Shown piece after piece: positions 36,236 through 46,111 of a DNA stretch of 64,000 bases (its first letter is position 1; the number at the start of each line of letters is the position of its first letter). Source of the stretch: Candidatus Micrarchaeota archaeon (GTDB taxonomy: Archaea; Micrarchaeota; Micrarchaeia; Micrarchaeales; CABMGC01); NCBI GenBank assembly GCA_027319905.1, contig DAHVMJ010000001.1, positions 1 through 64,000 of the forward strand. The letters run 5' to 3'. Made by a program: the position numbers and the translations under genes. Under the pieces are notes generated by a model that had not been told where the DNA came from, did no database searches, and was given only the letters and a program-made list of their open reading frames with translations.

Positions 36236-37693
36236 TCAGTTCGTGCTCTCTTCCTGCTTTTCGAGCGCATCTATGAGGTGCAGCGCGCCCTCTACCGAAG
36301 GCGTGGCGTTGAAGAACTGTTTGGAAGTAGCCTTAAGGCTGTCGTTGTAGCCGTCTATCATTATGCTTATCAGCTTGGCTTTGCTGCTCTTAAACGCCTT
36401 CTTCCAGTTGTCCACGTAGTCGTAGCCGTCGGTTATCAGCACAATTGAGTTCGTGGACCTCCATATGTCGTCATTTCTTAGGTCCCTAAGCGAGGTTGCA
36501 AGAGCCTTGTTAATGTTCGTCCCTCCCCCTTCGCCCTGGGTGATCAACGCGTTCATCACCTTGTCCGGCTCGGACTGCCTAGCATAGGTTTTGTCGTCGA
36601 AGAATCTGAGGTAGTAGGGCCTGTGCTCCCTCCTTGCGAGTATGAGAATTGCGAGCGCGACGCTCCTTGCCCACACGGTTTTCTCGCCATACATACTTCC
36701 AGATATGTCCAGGAGCACGTAGTAGGCTCCGGGCGCGTCATCGACCGTCGTGTTTATCGTTATTCCCTTTTTCCCCTCTACGGTTATCCCATACCTTGTC
36801 CTGGATTCCAGCTCGCCCATTATCAGCTTGCGCTCGAATATCGCGTCGGGCATCGCAAGCTCCTTTGGGAGAACGTCCTGGATGTTGTGCGTGAAGCGAT
36901 AGCCAGGGCCGACTTCGCCGTGCTTGCTCTCGTTTACCTTTACGAATGACTCCTCGGTTACCTTCTGTGACTTCTTCTGTGAGGTGAGTATCTTCTCCAC
37001 GTCGTGAGCCGAAAGTATCTGCGCGGCCAAATCTATTATCTCGCGAGACATCTCGGTTTCCTCGTGAGAGTAGCCCATTCCGAGAGCATGCGCCGCGTTT
37101 TTCCCTCCTTTTCCTATCGCAGATGCCATGTTGGCCAAGGTGTCTGAAACGTCCTGGTTCATTATGTCTCTAAGTTTTGAGATCCCGTTCCTAACTTTCC
37201 CATTTACGTCGTTCGGCTCGGCTTGTTCTTCTATCTGCTCTTCTATCTGCCTCTCGTTCTCTGCCTCCTCCCTCTTCTTTTCCTCGAGCTCATCGCGTTT
37301 CTTCTGCAACTCTTTCAGGAAGAACTCTGTCTTCTTTGCCGCCACCTGCGTCGATTCGTTGTCGTGCAGAAGCGTCTGCTCCCTGGAGCTTTTGTACTCT
37401 TCGCTCTGCGCGTACTGCTCCATCAGGCCGCGCACATACTCCATCGCCGGATCCTCGTTCTTCTGTACCACCATAGGTCTGAGCGAGTACTGGAGCTGGT
37501 ATGCGTCTGAGAATACTGTCTTTGCCTCTGGCATGGAAAAGAGCTGGGGATCGCCGCCGGGCACCTGGGCCGGGTCGCTAAGCTTTTCCACTGCCTGCTC
37601 TAGCTTCGCCTCGGCTCTCTTCTGGCTGTAGACCAGGAGGTTGCTCTGTATGTTGCGCTTCTTGTTTTCCTTTTTCTCAGGCACGCGAACCAC
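36236..37693 (-). CDS. VWA-domain protein (ViaA/CoxE-like partner of MoxR)
   Basis: MIDAS DISGSM, GGGTNI, LITDG; N-terminal coiled coil. Confidence 0.88.
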   Translation of the reverse strand: MVRVPEKKENKKRNIQSNLLVYSQKRAEAKLEQAVEKLSDPAQVPGGDPQLFSMPEAKTVFSDAYQLQYSLRPMVVQKNEDPAMEYVRGLMEQYAQSEEYKSSREQTLLHDNESTQVAAKKTEFFLKELQKKRDELEEKKREEAENERQIEEQIEEQAEPNDVNGKVRNGISKLRDIMNQDVSDTLANMASAIGKGGKNAAHALGMGYSHEETEMSREIIDLAAQILSAHDVEKILTSQKKSQKVTEESFVKVNESKHGEVGPGYRFTHNIQDVLPKELAMPDAIFERKLIMGELESRTRYGITVEGKKGITINTTVDDAPGAYYVLLDISGSMYGEKTVWARSVALAILILARREHRPYYLRFFDDKTYARQSEPDKVMNALITQGEGGGTNINKALATSLRDLRNDDIWRSTNSIVLITDGYDYVDNWKKAFKSSKAKLISIMIDGYNDSLKATSKQFFNATPSVEGALHLIDALEKQEESTN

Positions 37694-37705
37694 CCCCTAA
37701 CGAGG

Positions 37706-39013
37706 TCAATTCAGGTCTTCCTCATCGCGCTTCTTGACCGCAGCCTTTGCCTCCACCACGAGGTCAGATAGGTAGCTCGTGAACTCGGGCATCTTTGGAT
37801 CGTTCTTCATTGTTCCCAGAAGCGTGTCGGCGTTGGCTATCTCTCTCCTCAGCGCCTTGAAGGTTATTTCGCTGGGCGTCGTCTTTGCTATCTCTTCCAT
37901 TTCCTTCAGCTTCTGGAACTCCTCCTCGACCTTCTCTATCTTCTCCTGGGTTAAGCTCAGCTTCTGCTCTACTATGATGCGCTCTATCTTTGCCAGGTCG
38001 TCCTGTGTGTTGGGCCCGCAGTAGTAGAGCGAGAGCGCGAGGTCCTCCCTATCGACATCCTTGTTACCTCTCAGGTATGAGAACGCAACGGCCAGCCTCG
38101 CCAGGCTTATGTCCGTCCTGGTTGAGGGGTGTATGCCTTTCTCTCTCAGCGCTACAACAAGGTTGGCTATGGTCGATGTGAATGCGGGATTGTTTGCGAA
38201 CCTCAGTGTCTTGTCGTTTACCTCGAGCTGTATGTTGCCGAGGTCATTTACCGAAAGCGGCTTCTTCCTTGTAACCTGGGCCATCGCCTTTGCCTTGAGC
38301 CCCTCGAGCTCCTTTTCGAGCAGCTCTACCTCTCCGTTCAGCCCCTTGCTTATTGCTGACGGAAGCAGCTCCTTCTGGACTTCATTGAAGAACACCCTCA
38401 CCGGGAATCGGCTGTACAATGCCATGTCCTCCTCTGCGGTGGGAGTTGTGTTGGTTGCGGTGAAGAACGCTCGGTACTTGAGGTGCTCCACTGAGTCGCC
38501 CTCCACGACCTCGTGCTTCGACAGGACGTCGAGCATCAGGTCCCTTATGTTCCTTCCGCCTCTCATGAGTTCGTCTATGAACACTATGTCAGAGTTGTAT
38601 ATTGCGCTGTGTATCCTGGTCAAATGGCCCTTCTTGTAGTCCTCTATGTTTATCGGGCCGAGAACCGAGTCCTTGTCGGTTTCTGGGGTGGCAGGGTAGT
38701 AGAAGTAGCTTGCGCCGTCTATCCCCCACGCCAATTCATCTATTATCCTAGTTTTGCCCTCCCCCCACAGCCCAATCTCTATTGCGGGCTTGAACGCTAT
38801 CATAGAGGCGAGAATCGCAGACACTGGAGACTCCAGACCAGCGAACTCGCCGCTTACCTGCGAATAGAGAGTCTGAAGCTTCTTCTGCTTCTCTTCTGTA
38901 GAGTTGCCGAAAGGTCTCGAAAGCATGCGAAGAAGCTTGTCGAACACGTTCTGGTCAACGGCCTCCTGCTGCACGCTCGCCATAACATTCCTTGCCCCAG
39001 TAATTCCACTCAT
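37706..39013 (-). CDS. MoxR/RavA-family AAA+ ATPase
   Basis: GLWGEGKT Walker A, VFIDE Walker B, ATN sensor 1, ALYSRF, STR sensor 2. Confidence 0.88.
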   Translation of the reverse strand: MSGITGARNVMASVQQEAVDQNVFDKLLRMLSRPFGNSTEEKQKKLQTLYSQVSGEFAGLESPVSAILASMIAFKPAIEIGLWGEGKTRIIDELAWGIDGASYFYYPATPETDKDSVLGPINIEDYKKGHLTRIHSAIYNSDIVFIDELMRGGRNIRDLMLDVLSKHEVVEGDSVEHLKYRAFFTATNTTPTAEEDMALYSRFPVRVFFNEVQKELLPSAISKGLNGEVELLEKELEGLKAKAMAQVTRKKPLSVNDLGNIQLEVNDKTLRFANNPAFTSTIANLVVALREKGIHPSTRTDISLARLAVAFSYLRGNKDVDREDLALSLYYCGPNTQDDLAKIERIIVEQKLSLTQEKIEKVEEEFQKLKEMEEIAKTTPSEITFKALRREIANADTLLGTMKNDPKMPEFTSYLSDLVVEAKAAVKKRDEEDLN

Positions 39014-39142
39014 CGTATCACTTGGTTAGTGCATGTGCGGTTTCCTGTATTTAAGCATAGGTAAAATTCGCACTTTTAACAGTATAAATTGTTATTTTGA
39101 ACTATCGGGGCTGGCACCTAGAGGAAACGGTGCGGGGGCTGT

Positions 39143-39871
39143 CTAGTCGCGCAGCAGACCCCGCTTCTTCTCATGGATGTTTGGCCTCTCGGCTTCTGGG
39201 CATACGTTGTTGCTCTCCTTGTGAATCTCGCCGATCATCTGGATCACGCCATTCAAGTCCACTTTTGCCGAGGAAACGTTGCCATTCACCTGTGAGAAGG
39301 TGGGCGCCTCGTCGAGTATCTTTCCTATCCTGCTGACAAATGCCATCGTGCCGCCGTTCCCGACCTTGCTGTAGCTGAAGTATATGGCGTCTGTGAGGTG
39401 GAGATAGCCGGAAAGTACTTTGCTCTTCAGATTGCCTCCGGTGAACAACGATAAAATATCTATTTCGGGAAGCGCCATCAGCGGAAAGGCCTGATCGCAG
39501 AATTTTGTTAGTACTGAGAGCGCGTCGCTTGTCAGCCCTGGATCTTTTTCGAGAGCGTGCACCAGTATCCCAGCCTCCATGCCGAAGAGTGCTGTCTGCG
39601 ACACGAAAGAGTATTCCATTAGCCTCTCCATGTAGAGCACTATGCTTGAAAGCGTCTCGGTTGAGACCGGCGCGTTCTTCTTGATCTTCTTTACCAGCTC
39701 CTCCCCAGGTCCGGCGAGAAGGAAGTCATTCAGGATTTTGTCAGAGATCTCCTTAGGCAGAAGTTTCGATCTGGGCACGGTGTCTTCTTTCAGTAGTGCT
39801 TCTGCTATTTCCGTGCCAAACTTTTCCTGGAGCCTTGAGCGGACATCTGCGCTCTTGTGACCGAACACCAT
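39143..39871 (-). CDS. Hypothetical protein
   Basis: Long ORF; start trimmed to MVFGHK. Confidence 0.7.
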   Translation of the reverse strand: MVFGHKSADVRSRLQEKFGTEIAEALLKEDTVPRSKLLPKEISDKILNDFLLAGPGEELVKKIKKNAPVSTETLSSIVLYMERLMEYSFVSQTALFGMEAGILVHALEKDPGLTSDALSVLTKFCDQAFPLMALPEIDILSLFTGGNLKSKVLSGYLHLTDAIYFSYSKVGNGGTMAFVSRIGKILDEAPTFSQVNGNVSSAKVDLNGVIQMIGEIHKESNNVCPEAERPNIHEKKRGLLRD

Positions 39872-39964
39872 GCCAGCAACCAATCCGTCTTTGACGCCGT
39901 GGTTTATAATGATTTCTCAGGTTTTGTAACGCGAGGGCTCTGGCTATATAAGCTTGACAGAGAT

Positions 39965-40471
39965 ATGGGGAATGTTGCCATGGCCGTTGTTTCGCAGAGG
40001 AAGGTGATGCGGTTACAGCGCACAATGCTTGTGATAAGGCGCTGCCCTTTCTGCCTGAATGACACAGAGCAGAATGCCTACTACGCGCACAAGCCGGATC
40101 TGAGGATAACGGCTGCACTGGGCGGCAAGGAGTTCGTGCTGGAATGGCAGGGCCGCATGCCTTTCGAATGGTACGGCATAGCAGAGTGCAAGGAGTGCGG
40201 CAATGCATATGTGGTTCAGGGGGCGATTCCGCAGATAAACAAGGATATAACGGGTGTGACAAACCCCCAGGAAGTGCGATTGGCATACACGTGCTGTGAT
40301 TTCTGCGTGCACGAGGAGATGAGCTATGTGCTGGCAAACATGCTAATCACGCTTAGGAACGGGAAGAGCATCTACCTCTGCGAAAGACATGCTGACGCGA
40401 TCAAAAGAGAGAAAGGAAAACGCGACGGCTACGACTTCCTGATTCCAAAGGTTGCTGCGTGGAAGGGCTAA
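39965..40471 (+). CDS. Hypothetical multi-zinc-finger protein
   Basis: CPFC, CKEC, CDFC and CERH pairs. Confidence 0.7.
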   Translation: MGNVAMAVVSQRKVMRLQRTMLVIRRCPFCLNDTEQNAYYAHKPDLRITAALGGKEFVLEWQGRMPFEWYGIAECKECGNAYVVQGAIPQINKDITGVTNPQEVRLAYTCCDFCVHEEMSYVLANMLITLRNGKSIYLCERHADAIKREKGKRDGYDFLIPKVAAWKG

Positions 40472-41811
40472 CTTGACGCGGACGTCACGTTAGTGAAGAC
40501 TATCCCCACGCCTTCCACCTGCGCGCCAACCTGATACTGCGACCCGAGCTTCGGACTTATCGCGAACATGCCATGGCCGAACGAGATGGTGCCGTTGAAG
40601 CTCAGCGTTGCCGATTGTCCTGACTGCAGCGTGTAGCTCTGGCTCGCGTTCTCAAAGTCTTCGGTGCCAAGAGGCACAGAAAGGGCGCCGTTGCTCTGCA
40701 CAGAGAAGATCACGAGCTTCCTGTCGCTCTGCTCTGCCTGTATCTCGGTGCTGCGGTTCAGCACGAACTGCTGCAGACGAGATGTGAAGTTTGCCAAGCC
40801 TGCTGAAGTGCAGACGCTACTGTTTACCTGCACCGTTTCGCCTGCGCCCACGCTGACCTCGAAGTCGGGTATCTGGCTCCCGAAGGAACTGTTTCTAAGC
40901 AGGGTTTCTATCCTGTCCCTCTGTTCCGATGAGAGGTTCGTGCGATCGCTGCCGTTCTGGCTTGTGTTCGCTACAGCGCAGAACGTGCTATTGCTTATGT
41001 GCCTGGTCATGTTTGTGGTAAAGGCATAGGCTCTTGCCACAAGCGCGCTAGAGTTGTATCGTACGCTAAGGTTGCCCTTGAAGCCTACTTGCTTCACCGC
41101 CACGCTCGTGTTTGAGTTGTCCTTCAGTGTTATTGAGAAGTGAGTTACGTTGCCGGAAGCGACAGAGAGTGACGCGGATGTTATTGAAATGTTGGGCCTT
41201 GTTTCTTCCAGATCTGCGGCCTCGTTTTTTGTAAGCGATGCCCTTGCGCCTACGTGGAGTGCCGCCTTGCTACTTCCGTTGCCCACAACAACAGCCCTTA
41301 CTGAGGGCACGAGCACGAAGACTGTGGACGTGTTAGTAATTATGCTTGCTACCACAGGCGAAAGGTCTACGAGAACGCTCGCGTTGCCGTTGAGCGCGGT
41401 TCTGCCGTTTATGTGTGCGGTCACAGCCCCGCTCGGGACCGTTACGTTGTGAGTGGTGCCGTTCACAGTTATGGTGGCCGAGGTGACGTTGAACCTTACC
41501 ATCCCTATGCTTGCGTTCGCTGGCACAGTAATAGTGCCCATCGTCTGGCTCAGGTTAAGAACCGCAAGAAGATTTATGCTTCCTGATCCGCTCGCCGAGA
41601 CCCAGCCTGATTCGTTCCCGGCGTTGCTGAGGTGCGCCTCGAGAGACGAGTAGTTTATGATAAGAGCAGAAGTGCCGGCTGGCACCTGCGCAGGATCCGT
41701 CAGCTGCAGCGCTACGAGGTTGCTCTTAGTGGCGCTTGAGGATGGTAGAAGCAGGAATATCGCAACTATCAGAATCGCAATCAGAACCACAACAGGAGCC
41801 AGTTTGTTCAT
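40468..41811 (-). CDS. DUF4382-like surface glycoprotein
   Basis: N-terminal TM anchor, LQLTDPA.VP.G, NVTVPSG, VDLSP; many sequons. Confidence 0.78.
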   Translation of the reverse strand: MNKLAPVVVLIAILIVAIFLLLPSSSATKSNLVALQLTDPAQVPAGTSALIINYSSLEAHLSNAGNESGWVSASGSGSINLLAVLNLSQTMGTITVPANASIGMVRFNVTSATITVNGTTHNVTVPSGAVTAHINGRTALNGNASVLVDLSPVVASIITNTSTVFVLVPSVRAVVVGNGSSKAALHVGARASLTKNEAADLEETRPNISITSASLSVASGNVTHFSITLKDNSNTSVAVKQVGFKGNLSVRYNSSALVARAYAFTTNMTRHISNSTFCAVANTSQNGSDRTNLSSEQRDRIETLLRNSSFGSQIPDFEVSVGAGETVQVNSSVCTSAGLANFTSRLQQFVLNRSTEIQAEQSDRKLVIFSVQSNGALSVPLGTEDFENASQSYTLQSGQSATLSFNGTISFGHGMFAISPKLGSQYQVGAQVEGVGIVFTNVTSASS

Positions 41812-41900
41812 CTTATACCTGACTATTTGCTACGTTGGATTTAATAAATGCTGTAGCAGCGTAAGGTTTTGTAAGAAAGAATTACGCTTTGAACAGAAGA

Positions 41901-41986
41901 CGCTGGGTGCGAGAATCGAACTCGCGAAGGCCATTTCTAGCCAAACAGCTTAGCAGGCTGCCGCCCTACCACTAGGCGAACCCAGC
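41901..41986 (-). tRNA. tRNA-Ser(GCT)
   Basis: GCTGGGT/ACCCAGC acceptor, loop CTGCTAA, long variable arm, TTCGATT. Confidence 0.94.
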
Positions 41987-42193
41987 ACGGTGGGAATAGG
42001 AATTCAGCAATTAAAAGCTATGCGTTTGTTCTGGCGCGCTGGCCGATTGATCTGTGCGTGTCGCGCACCACATCGGGATCTTGCGGCCGGGACCCACAGA
42101 TACGGCTATGATTTCCTTGTCAAAAGAAAATATGCTAAACGTTTTTCTTACAAGCGTTTATATAGAGAAGCTCCGCAATAGCGACGTGGGAAA

Positions 42194-42427
42194 ATGGCGG
42201 ATGGGAAACAAAAAACCGTGAGCCTTACTGAAAAACAAAGAACTGAGAGAGTAGCAGAGATCAGGAAACTGATGTCAGAGCGAGACAAGCACATCAATGA
42301 CCCCTATGCGTATTACATTGAGGAGATAGATCAGGTCAGAGCATTTCAGAGCACTGCAAGGTCAAACATCGGATTCCTTCTAGGCGAAGTTGAGAGATTG
42401 CAGGACCCGACGCAAAAGAGGGCATGA
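42194..42427 (+). CDS. Hypothetical small protein
   Basis: 77-aa ORF with TTTATATA box upstream. Confidence 0.6.
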   Translation: MADGKQKTVSLTEKQRTERVAEIRKLMSERDKHINDPYAYYIEEIDQVRAFQSTARSNIGFLLGEVERLQDPTQKRA

Positions 42428-42452
42428 GGCTGCCGCGGCAATTAAGAGCGGC

Positions 42453-43061
42453 TTATTCAAATGCGCTGGCAAGTTTGTCCTTACCTATCGCGCCTTCTCT
42501 CAGTATCTTGTAGCCTGAGTCCGTGACCTCCACCACAGTCGACCCCTGTGCGTACTCGGATTCGTCTGAGTCTACAACCAGGCCAACAGAGCCAAGCAGC
42601 TTCTCGTCCAGATCCACGGCATGCGCGATGCTGCCGAATCCAGATATGTTTGCCGAGGTCGCCGTTATTGGATTTGGAAACTGCCGCAGGAGCCTTTGAG
42701 AGAAGTCATTGCTGGGTATTCTTATTCCGACCTTGCCGTTCAGCGAGAGTAGCGGGATTGGCGTGATTGCCCTAACTACCAGAGTCAGCGGTCCGGGAAG
42801 GAACTTTAGCGCAAGAGTTTCTGCCACTCTGTTGAATATTGCTATGTCCTTTGCCCTTTCCACATTTGCGACTGCTATGGATGCGGGTTTGCTTTCATCC
42901 CTCTTCTTTGCAGTGAAAAGCTTCTTCAGCGCGGCCCTGTTTGTAGAGTCAACACCGAGACCGTAAACGGTTTCTGTTGGGTACGCTATGATCCCTCCAC
43001 TGGCAAGGACTCTGGCACACTCTGCCACAGCGTCTGCGTCAGCCTTGAGGAACTTTGCCAT
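42453..43061 (-). CDS. sua5: Threonylcarbamoyl-AMP synthase (TsaC/YrdC-type, no Sua5 C-domain)
   Basis: YPTETVYGL, K.R...KP, PGPLTLV, VGIRIP, ATSANISG, STVV. Confidence 0.95.
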   Translation of the reverse strand: MAKFLKADADAVAECARVLASGGIIAYPTETVYGLGVDSTNRAALKKLFTAKKRDESKPASIAVANVERAKDIAIFNRVAETLALKFLPGPLTLVVRAITPIPLLSLNGKVGIRIPSNDFSQRLLRQFPNPITATSANISGFGSIAHAVDLDEKLLGSVGLVVDSDESEYAQGSTVVEVTDSGYKILREGAIGKDKLASAFE

Positions 43062-43072
43062 GCGATCATCGT

Positions 43073-43334
43073 GCAGCAGGAGCCGATCTAGCCGCAGGCA
43101 AGCATGCCGAGTTGTCCACGCCTCTGCTCAGCCCTGTATCTCCAGAGCACAGCCGCGCATACTTAGGGTTGCTCCTTCCGGCCTGGCCCGGTTCATACGT
43201 GAGACCGCCACTGGAGGCAAGACCTCGACGCTTTGGCGAGGGCCCGACATGCATGCGTGCAACGCAAACGGCATACGGCCCGCCGAAGGGGATTTGCGGA
43301 ATGGGAAACCCCTAGCTTCCCACCTCCCTACTGC
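43073..43334 (-). ncRNA. ffs: SRP RNA (7S)
   Basis: Helix 8 signature GCCAGGCCGGAAGGAGCAACC; terminal pairing GCAGTAGGG / TCCTGCTGC; TATA-like box ~25 nt upstream. Ends inferred. Confidence 0.88.
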
Positions 43335-43369
43335 AATAAGAATATGCCGAGAGCATTTAATAAGCGTTT

Positions 43370-43768
43370 TTACGTCCTTTTAACGTGGCGGGCGCCGCAC
43401 AGGGTCGCCCCTGAATCTTTCATAGCCAGCTCTTCGCTCCTGTAGATCCTAGAAACCCTGGGATTCAGAATGAATATGAAGCCACCACGGGTGGTTCCCG
43501 ATATCGGGATCACAGCGTATCCGTGCACTATCCCTTTCGTTGTAAGTTTGTAAACCCCTTGCCAGAAACTCATCGGGCTGCCGTGGCCTTTGAAGTCTAA
43601 CTCTTCTGCTTTAAGCTCGCGCCCTCTCAGTTCGAGACCGGTCAAAATCGGAGTGGTCTGCCTCAGCGGCCACCCTGAAGCTTTCCATTCGGATTTATTA
43701 TCATTGATATAGTTGAATTTATTCCCATCTGCGTCGATAAAGGTGTGCACTTTTAGGTTTTGAGCCAT
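43370..43768 (-). CDS. Hypothetical protein
   Basis: 132-aa ORF, lower GC. Confidence 0.6.
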   Translation of the reverse strand: MAQNLKVHTFIDADGNKFNYINDNKSEWKASGWPLRQTTPILTGLELRGRELKAEELDFKGHGSPMSFWQGVYKLTTKGIVHGYAVIPISGTTRGGFIFILNPRVSRIYRSEELAMKDSGATLCGARHVKRT

Positions 43769-43863
43769 CTTATCTAACTCGAGTTAGGTTTTTTGCTTAA
43801 TAATAATTGGCTTTAAAAAAAGTGATGCGAATAGCTTAATAACCCCTTAAACCTACTATTAAC

Positions 43864-44286
43864 GTGATTCTTTTGGATTCGAACTATGAGCAACTGCTCG
43901 ATAGGGCGTTCGCCAAGCTGCCCAGTCTCGCTACCGAGAAGTCCGATTTCAAGGTACCAGAGGTGGATTCGATAATACAGGGCAGCAAGACGATGATCAG
44001 GAACTTCTCGCAGATTGCAGACGCAGCCCGAAGGGATGAGGCCGATATTGCGAAATATCTGAGCAAGGAACTGGCCGCGCCGGTAAGCGTGGGGGATCAG
44101 AAGCTCACTATAAGCGCCAAGGTACAGGCTGCTGCGCTGAACGACAAGGTAAAGAAGTATTTCGAGACATACGTTATATGCAAGGAGTGCCACAAGCCAG
44201 ACACGCACATCGAGGGAACAGAACGCGGCTACGAGACGCTTGTCTGCGAGGCATGCGGAGCAAGGTACACGGTAAAAAGATCTTGA
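43864..44286 (+). CDS. eif2b: Translation initiation factor 2 beta subunit
   Basis: YEQLLDRA, T.IRNF, YVICKECHKPDT, CEACGA. Confidence 0.96.
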   Translation: MILLDSNYEQLLDRAFAKLPSLATEKSDFKVPEVDSIIQGSKTMIRNFSQIADAARRDEADIAKYLSKELAAPVSVGDQKLTISAKVQAAALNDKVKKYFETYVICKECHKPDTHIEGTERGYETLVCEACGARYTVKRS

Positions 44287-44295
44287 GGTTTTTGA

Positions 44296-44619
44296 TTGGC
44301 GTACTACAGAGGTAGAGGAAGGGGCGGCAAGCGCCCAGAGCCAGTCTACGAACTGAAGATACCGCAGCAGGGAGAGGTCGTGGGCGTTGTGGTGCAGGCG
44401 ATGGGTGCATCGAAGTTCAAGATACGCTGCTCCGACAGCTTTGAGCGCATCTGCAGCATACCGGGCAGGCTCAGGAGAAGGTTCTGGATAAAGGAGAACG
44501 ACCTCGTGGTTGTCAAGCCGTGGGTGGTGCAGAGCAACGAACGCGGGGACATTGTCTGGAGATACAGCATAGGAGACAGGGACAGGCTGCGCGACAGGGG
44601 CATTCAGGTGCCGCAATAG
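44296..44619 (+). CDS. eif1a: Translation initiation factor 1A
   Basis: GEVVGVV...G, CSD...R.C.IPGRLRRR.WI...D.VVV.PW, GDIVWRY. Confidence 0.96.
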   Translation: MAYYRGRGRGGKRPEPVYELKIPQQGEVVGVVVQAMGASKFKIRCSDSFERICSIPGRLRRRFWIKENDLVVVKPWVVQSNERGDIVWRYSIGDRDRLRDRGIQVPQ

Positions 44620-44627
44620 CAACGCGG

Positions 44628-45389
44628 CTAGCTACCTGTTATTCGCCCTAGGACCTCTGTCGGATCTTTCTCTATCCCATACGTCTTGCTGAAGTAGTGC
44701 AGTATGTTTCCCACGTCTCTTTCCAAATACCTCGTTGCATCTGGATGCTTGATGCGCACCGCCTGCCCGAAGTCTATCATGTAGGGCATGCCACCGACCA
44801 TGAGTATGTTGTACTCGCTCAGGTCTGCGTGCACCAGCTCATTTGCGTAGAGTCTGTGCGTATCCTCCAGGATTGCAGCCAGTGTCTTATCAGGGTCCTG
44901 CAGCCCCTCCTCCCTCATTGTCTTCGCCGGCTTGCCGTCCTCGCCCAGGAACTCCATCGCGAGAACGTTGCCGCTGAACGCGTAGGGACGCGGTGCGTGT
45001 ATCTCTGCGGCTTCAGCGACAAGCAGGTTGCCATATTCTTTCTTGCACCACTCGCTCACTATCGCGAAGATGCTGCCCTTCACCCTGCCGAACCGGGGAT
45101 CGCCCTCTATGTACTTTATGCGGTTCTGGAATCTGGCATTCTCAAGCCTGAAGACCTTGAGCGCGAGGAACTCGCTTCCGACCTTCTCGCCAGCATCTGC
45201 CAGATAGACGTCGGCTTCCTTGCCTCTCGCTATTATGAACTCCATGCTCGCGACCACGCCCTTGTTGAAGAGCTTGCCTATGCGCAGCATGGTCCTGTTG
45301 TCGAAAATGCCCTCCTCTATCTTCAGCTGTTCGTTTATCGGATGCTTCTCCCTGCTTGGCTGCTTCTCCCTGCTCCTGCGTCTTGCCAT
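44628..45389 (-). CDS. rio1: RIO1 kinase
   Basis: GKEADVY, YIEGDPRF, W..KEY.NL, LVHADLSEYNIL, IDFGQAV. Confidence 0.96.
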   Translation of the reverse strand: MARRRSREKQPSREKHPINEQLKIEEGIFDNRTMLRIGKLFNKGVVASMEFIIARGKEADVYLADAGEKVGSEFLALKVFRLENARFQNRIKYIEGDPRFGRVKGSIFAIVSEWCKKEYGNLLVAEAAEIHAPRPYAFSGNVLAMEFLGEDGKPAKTMREEGLQDPDKTLAAILEDTHRLYANELVHADLSEYNILMVGGMPYMIDFGQAVRIKHPDATRYLERDVGNILHYFSKTYGIEKDPTEVLGRITGS

Positions 45390-45438
45390 ACGCTATTTAT
45401 TCCTAACCAGCTATATCAATATAGCGCAGCCTGGTTGT

Positions 45439-46080
45439 ATGGGGGAAGTCAAGATAATTGTTGACAAGCGTGAGAGGAACCTAGACATACTCGAGGGGCT
45501 TTCTGGCTCTGGAATCATGCTCAGCTTCGCGCAGCTCCCTGTTGGTGACTATGTACTGTCAGACAGGATGTGCGTCGAGCGCAAGACGGCGCATGACCTT
45601 GAGAGTTCGATAATAAATGCGCGACTTTTCGATCAAGTCGAGAGGCTCAGCGGCACTTACAAGAAGCCCATACTGCTGATTGAGGGAGAGGAAAGCGAGT
45701 TTGCAATGAACCCTAACGTGGTTCTGGGTGCGATAATAAGCGTGTACAGCGACTACAACGTGCAGGTGCTGAGGGCGAGGGACACGGCGGAGACGGTCAG
45801 CACGCTTGCGAGGTTGGCAGAAAGAGAGCAGGAAGAGCGCAGGGAACCGCGCATGCTTGGTTCGAAAAGGGCGCTCAGCAATTCGCAGTGGCAACTCCTC
45901 ATCCTTAGCTCCATACCTGGCGTTGGACCCAAGCTCGCGAGATCGCTCATAAGCCACTTCAAGACGGTAAAGAACGTTGTATCTGCAGAGCCTGACGAAC
46001 TGATGAAGGTAAACAAGATTGGGGGAAAGAAAGCGGAGAAGATATACGAGATACTAAACGCGAAGTTCGTTGAGGAGTGA
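45439..46080 (+). CDS. xpf: ERCC4/XPF nuclease with HhH2 (short, no helicase domain)
   Basis: VDKRE, LPVGDY, VERKT..D, IPGVG, KIGGKKA. Confidence 0.92.
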   Translation: MGEVKIIVDKRERNLDILEGLSGSGIMLSFAQLPVGDYVLSDRMCVERKTAHDLESSIINARLFDQVERLSGTYKKPILLIEGEESEFAMNPNVVLGAIISVYSDYNVQVLRARDTAETVSTLARLAEREQEERREPRMLGSKRALSNSQWQLLILSSIPGVGPKLARSLISHFKTVKNVVSAEPDELMKVNKIGGKKAEKIYEILNAKFVEE

Positions 46081-46111
46081 GCTGCCTAACATGAATTCTT
46101 ATTAAGAGGGA

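Noticed and set aside
36180..41986. Integrated element at tRNA-Ser(GCT)
   Set aside because: No integrase and no duplicated tRNA 3' end were found by eye.
42988..43445. Short ORFs overlapping 43073..43334
   Set aside because: Explained by the GC-rich SRP RNA.
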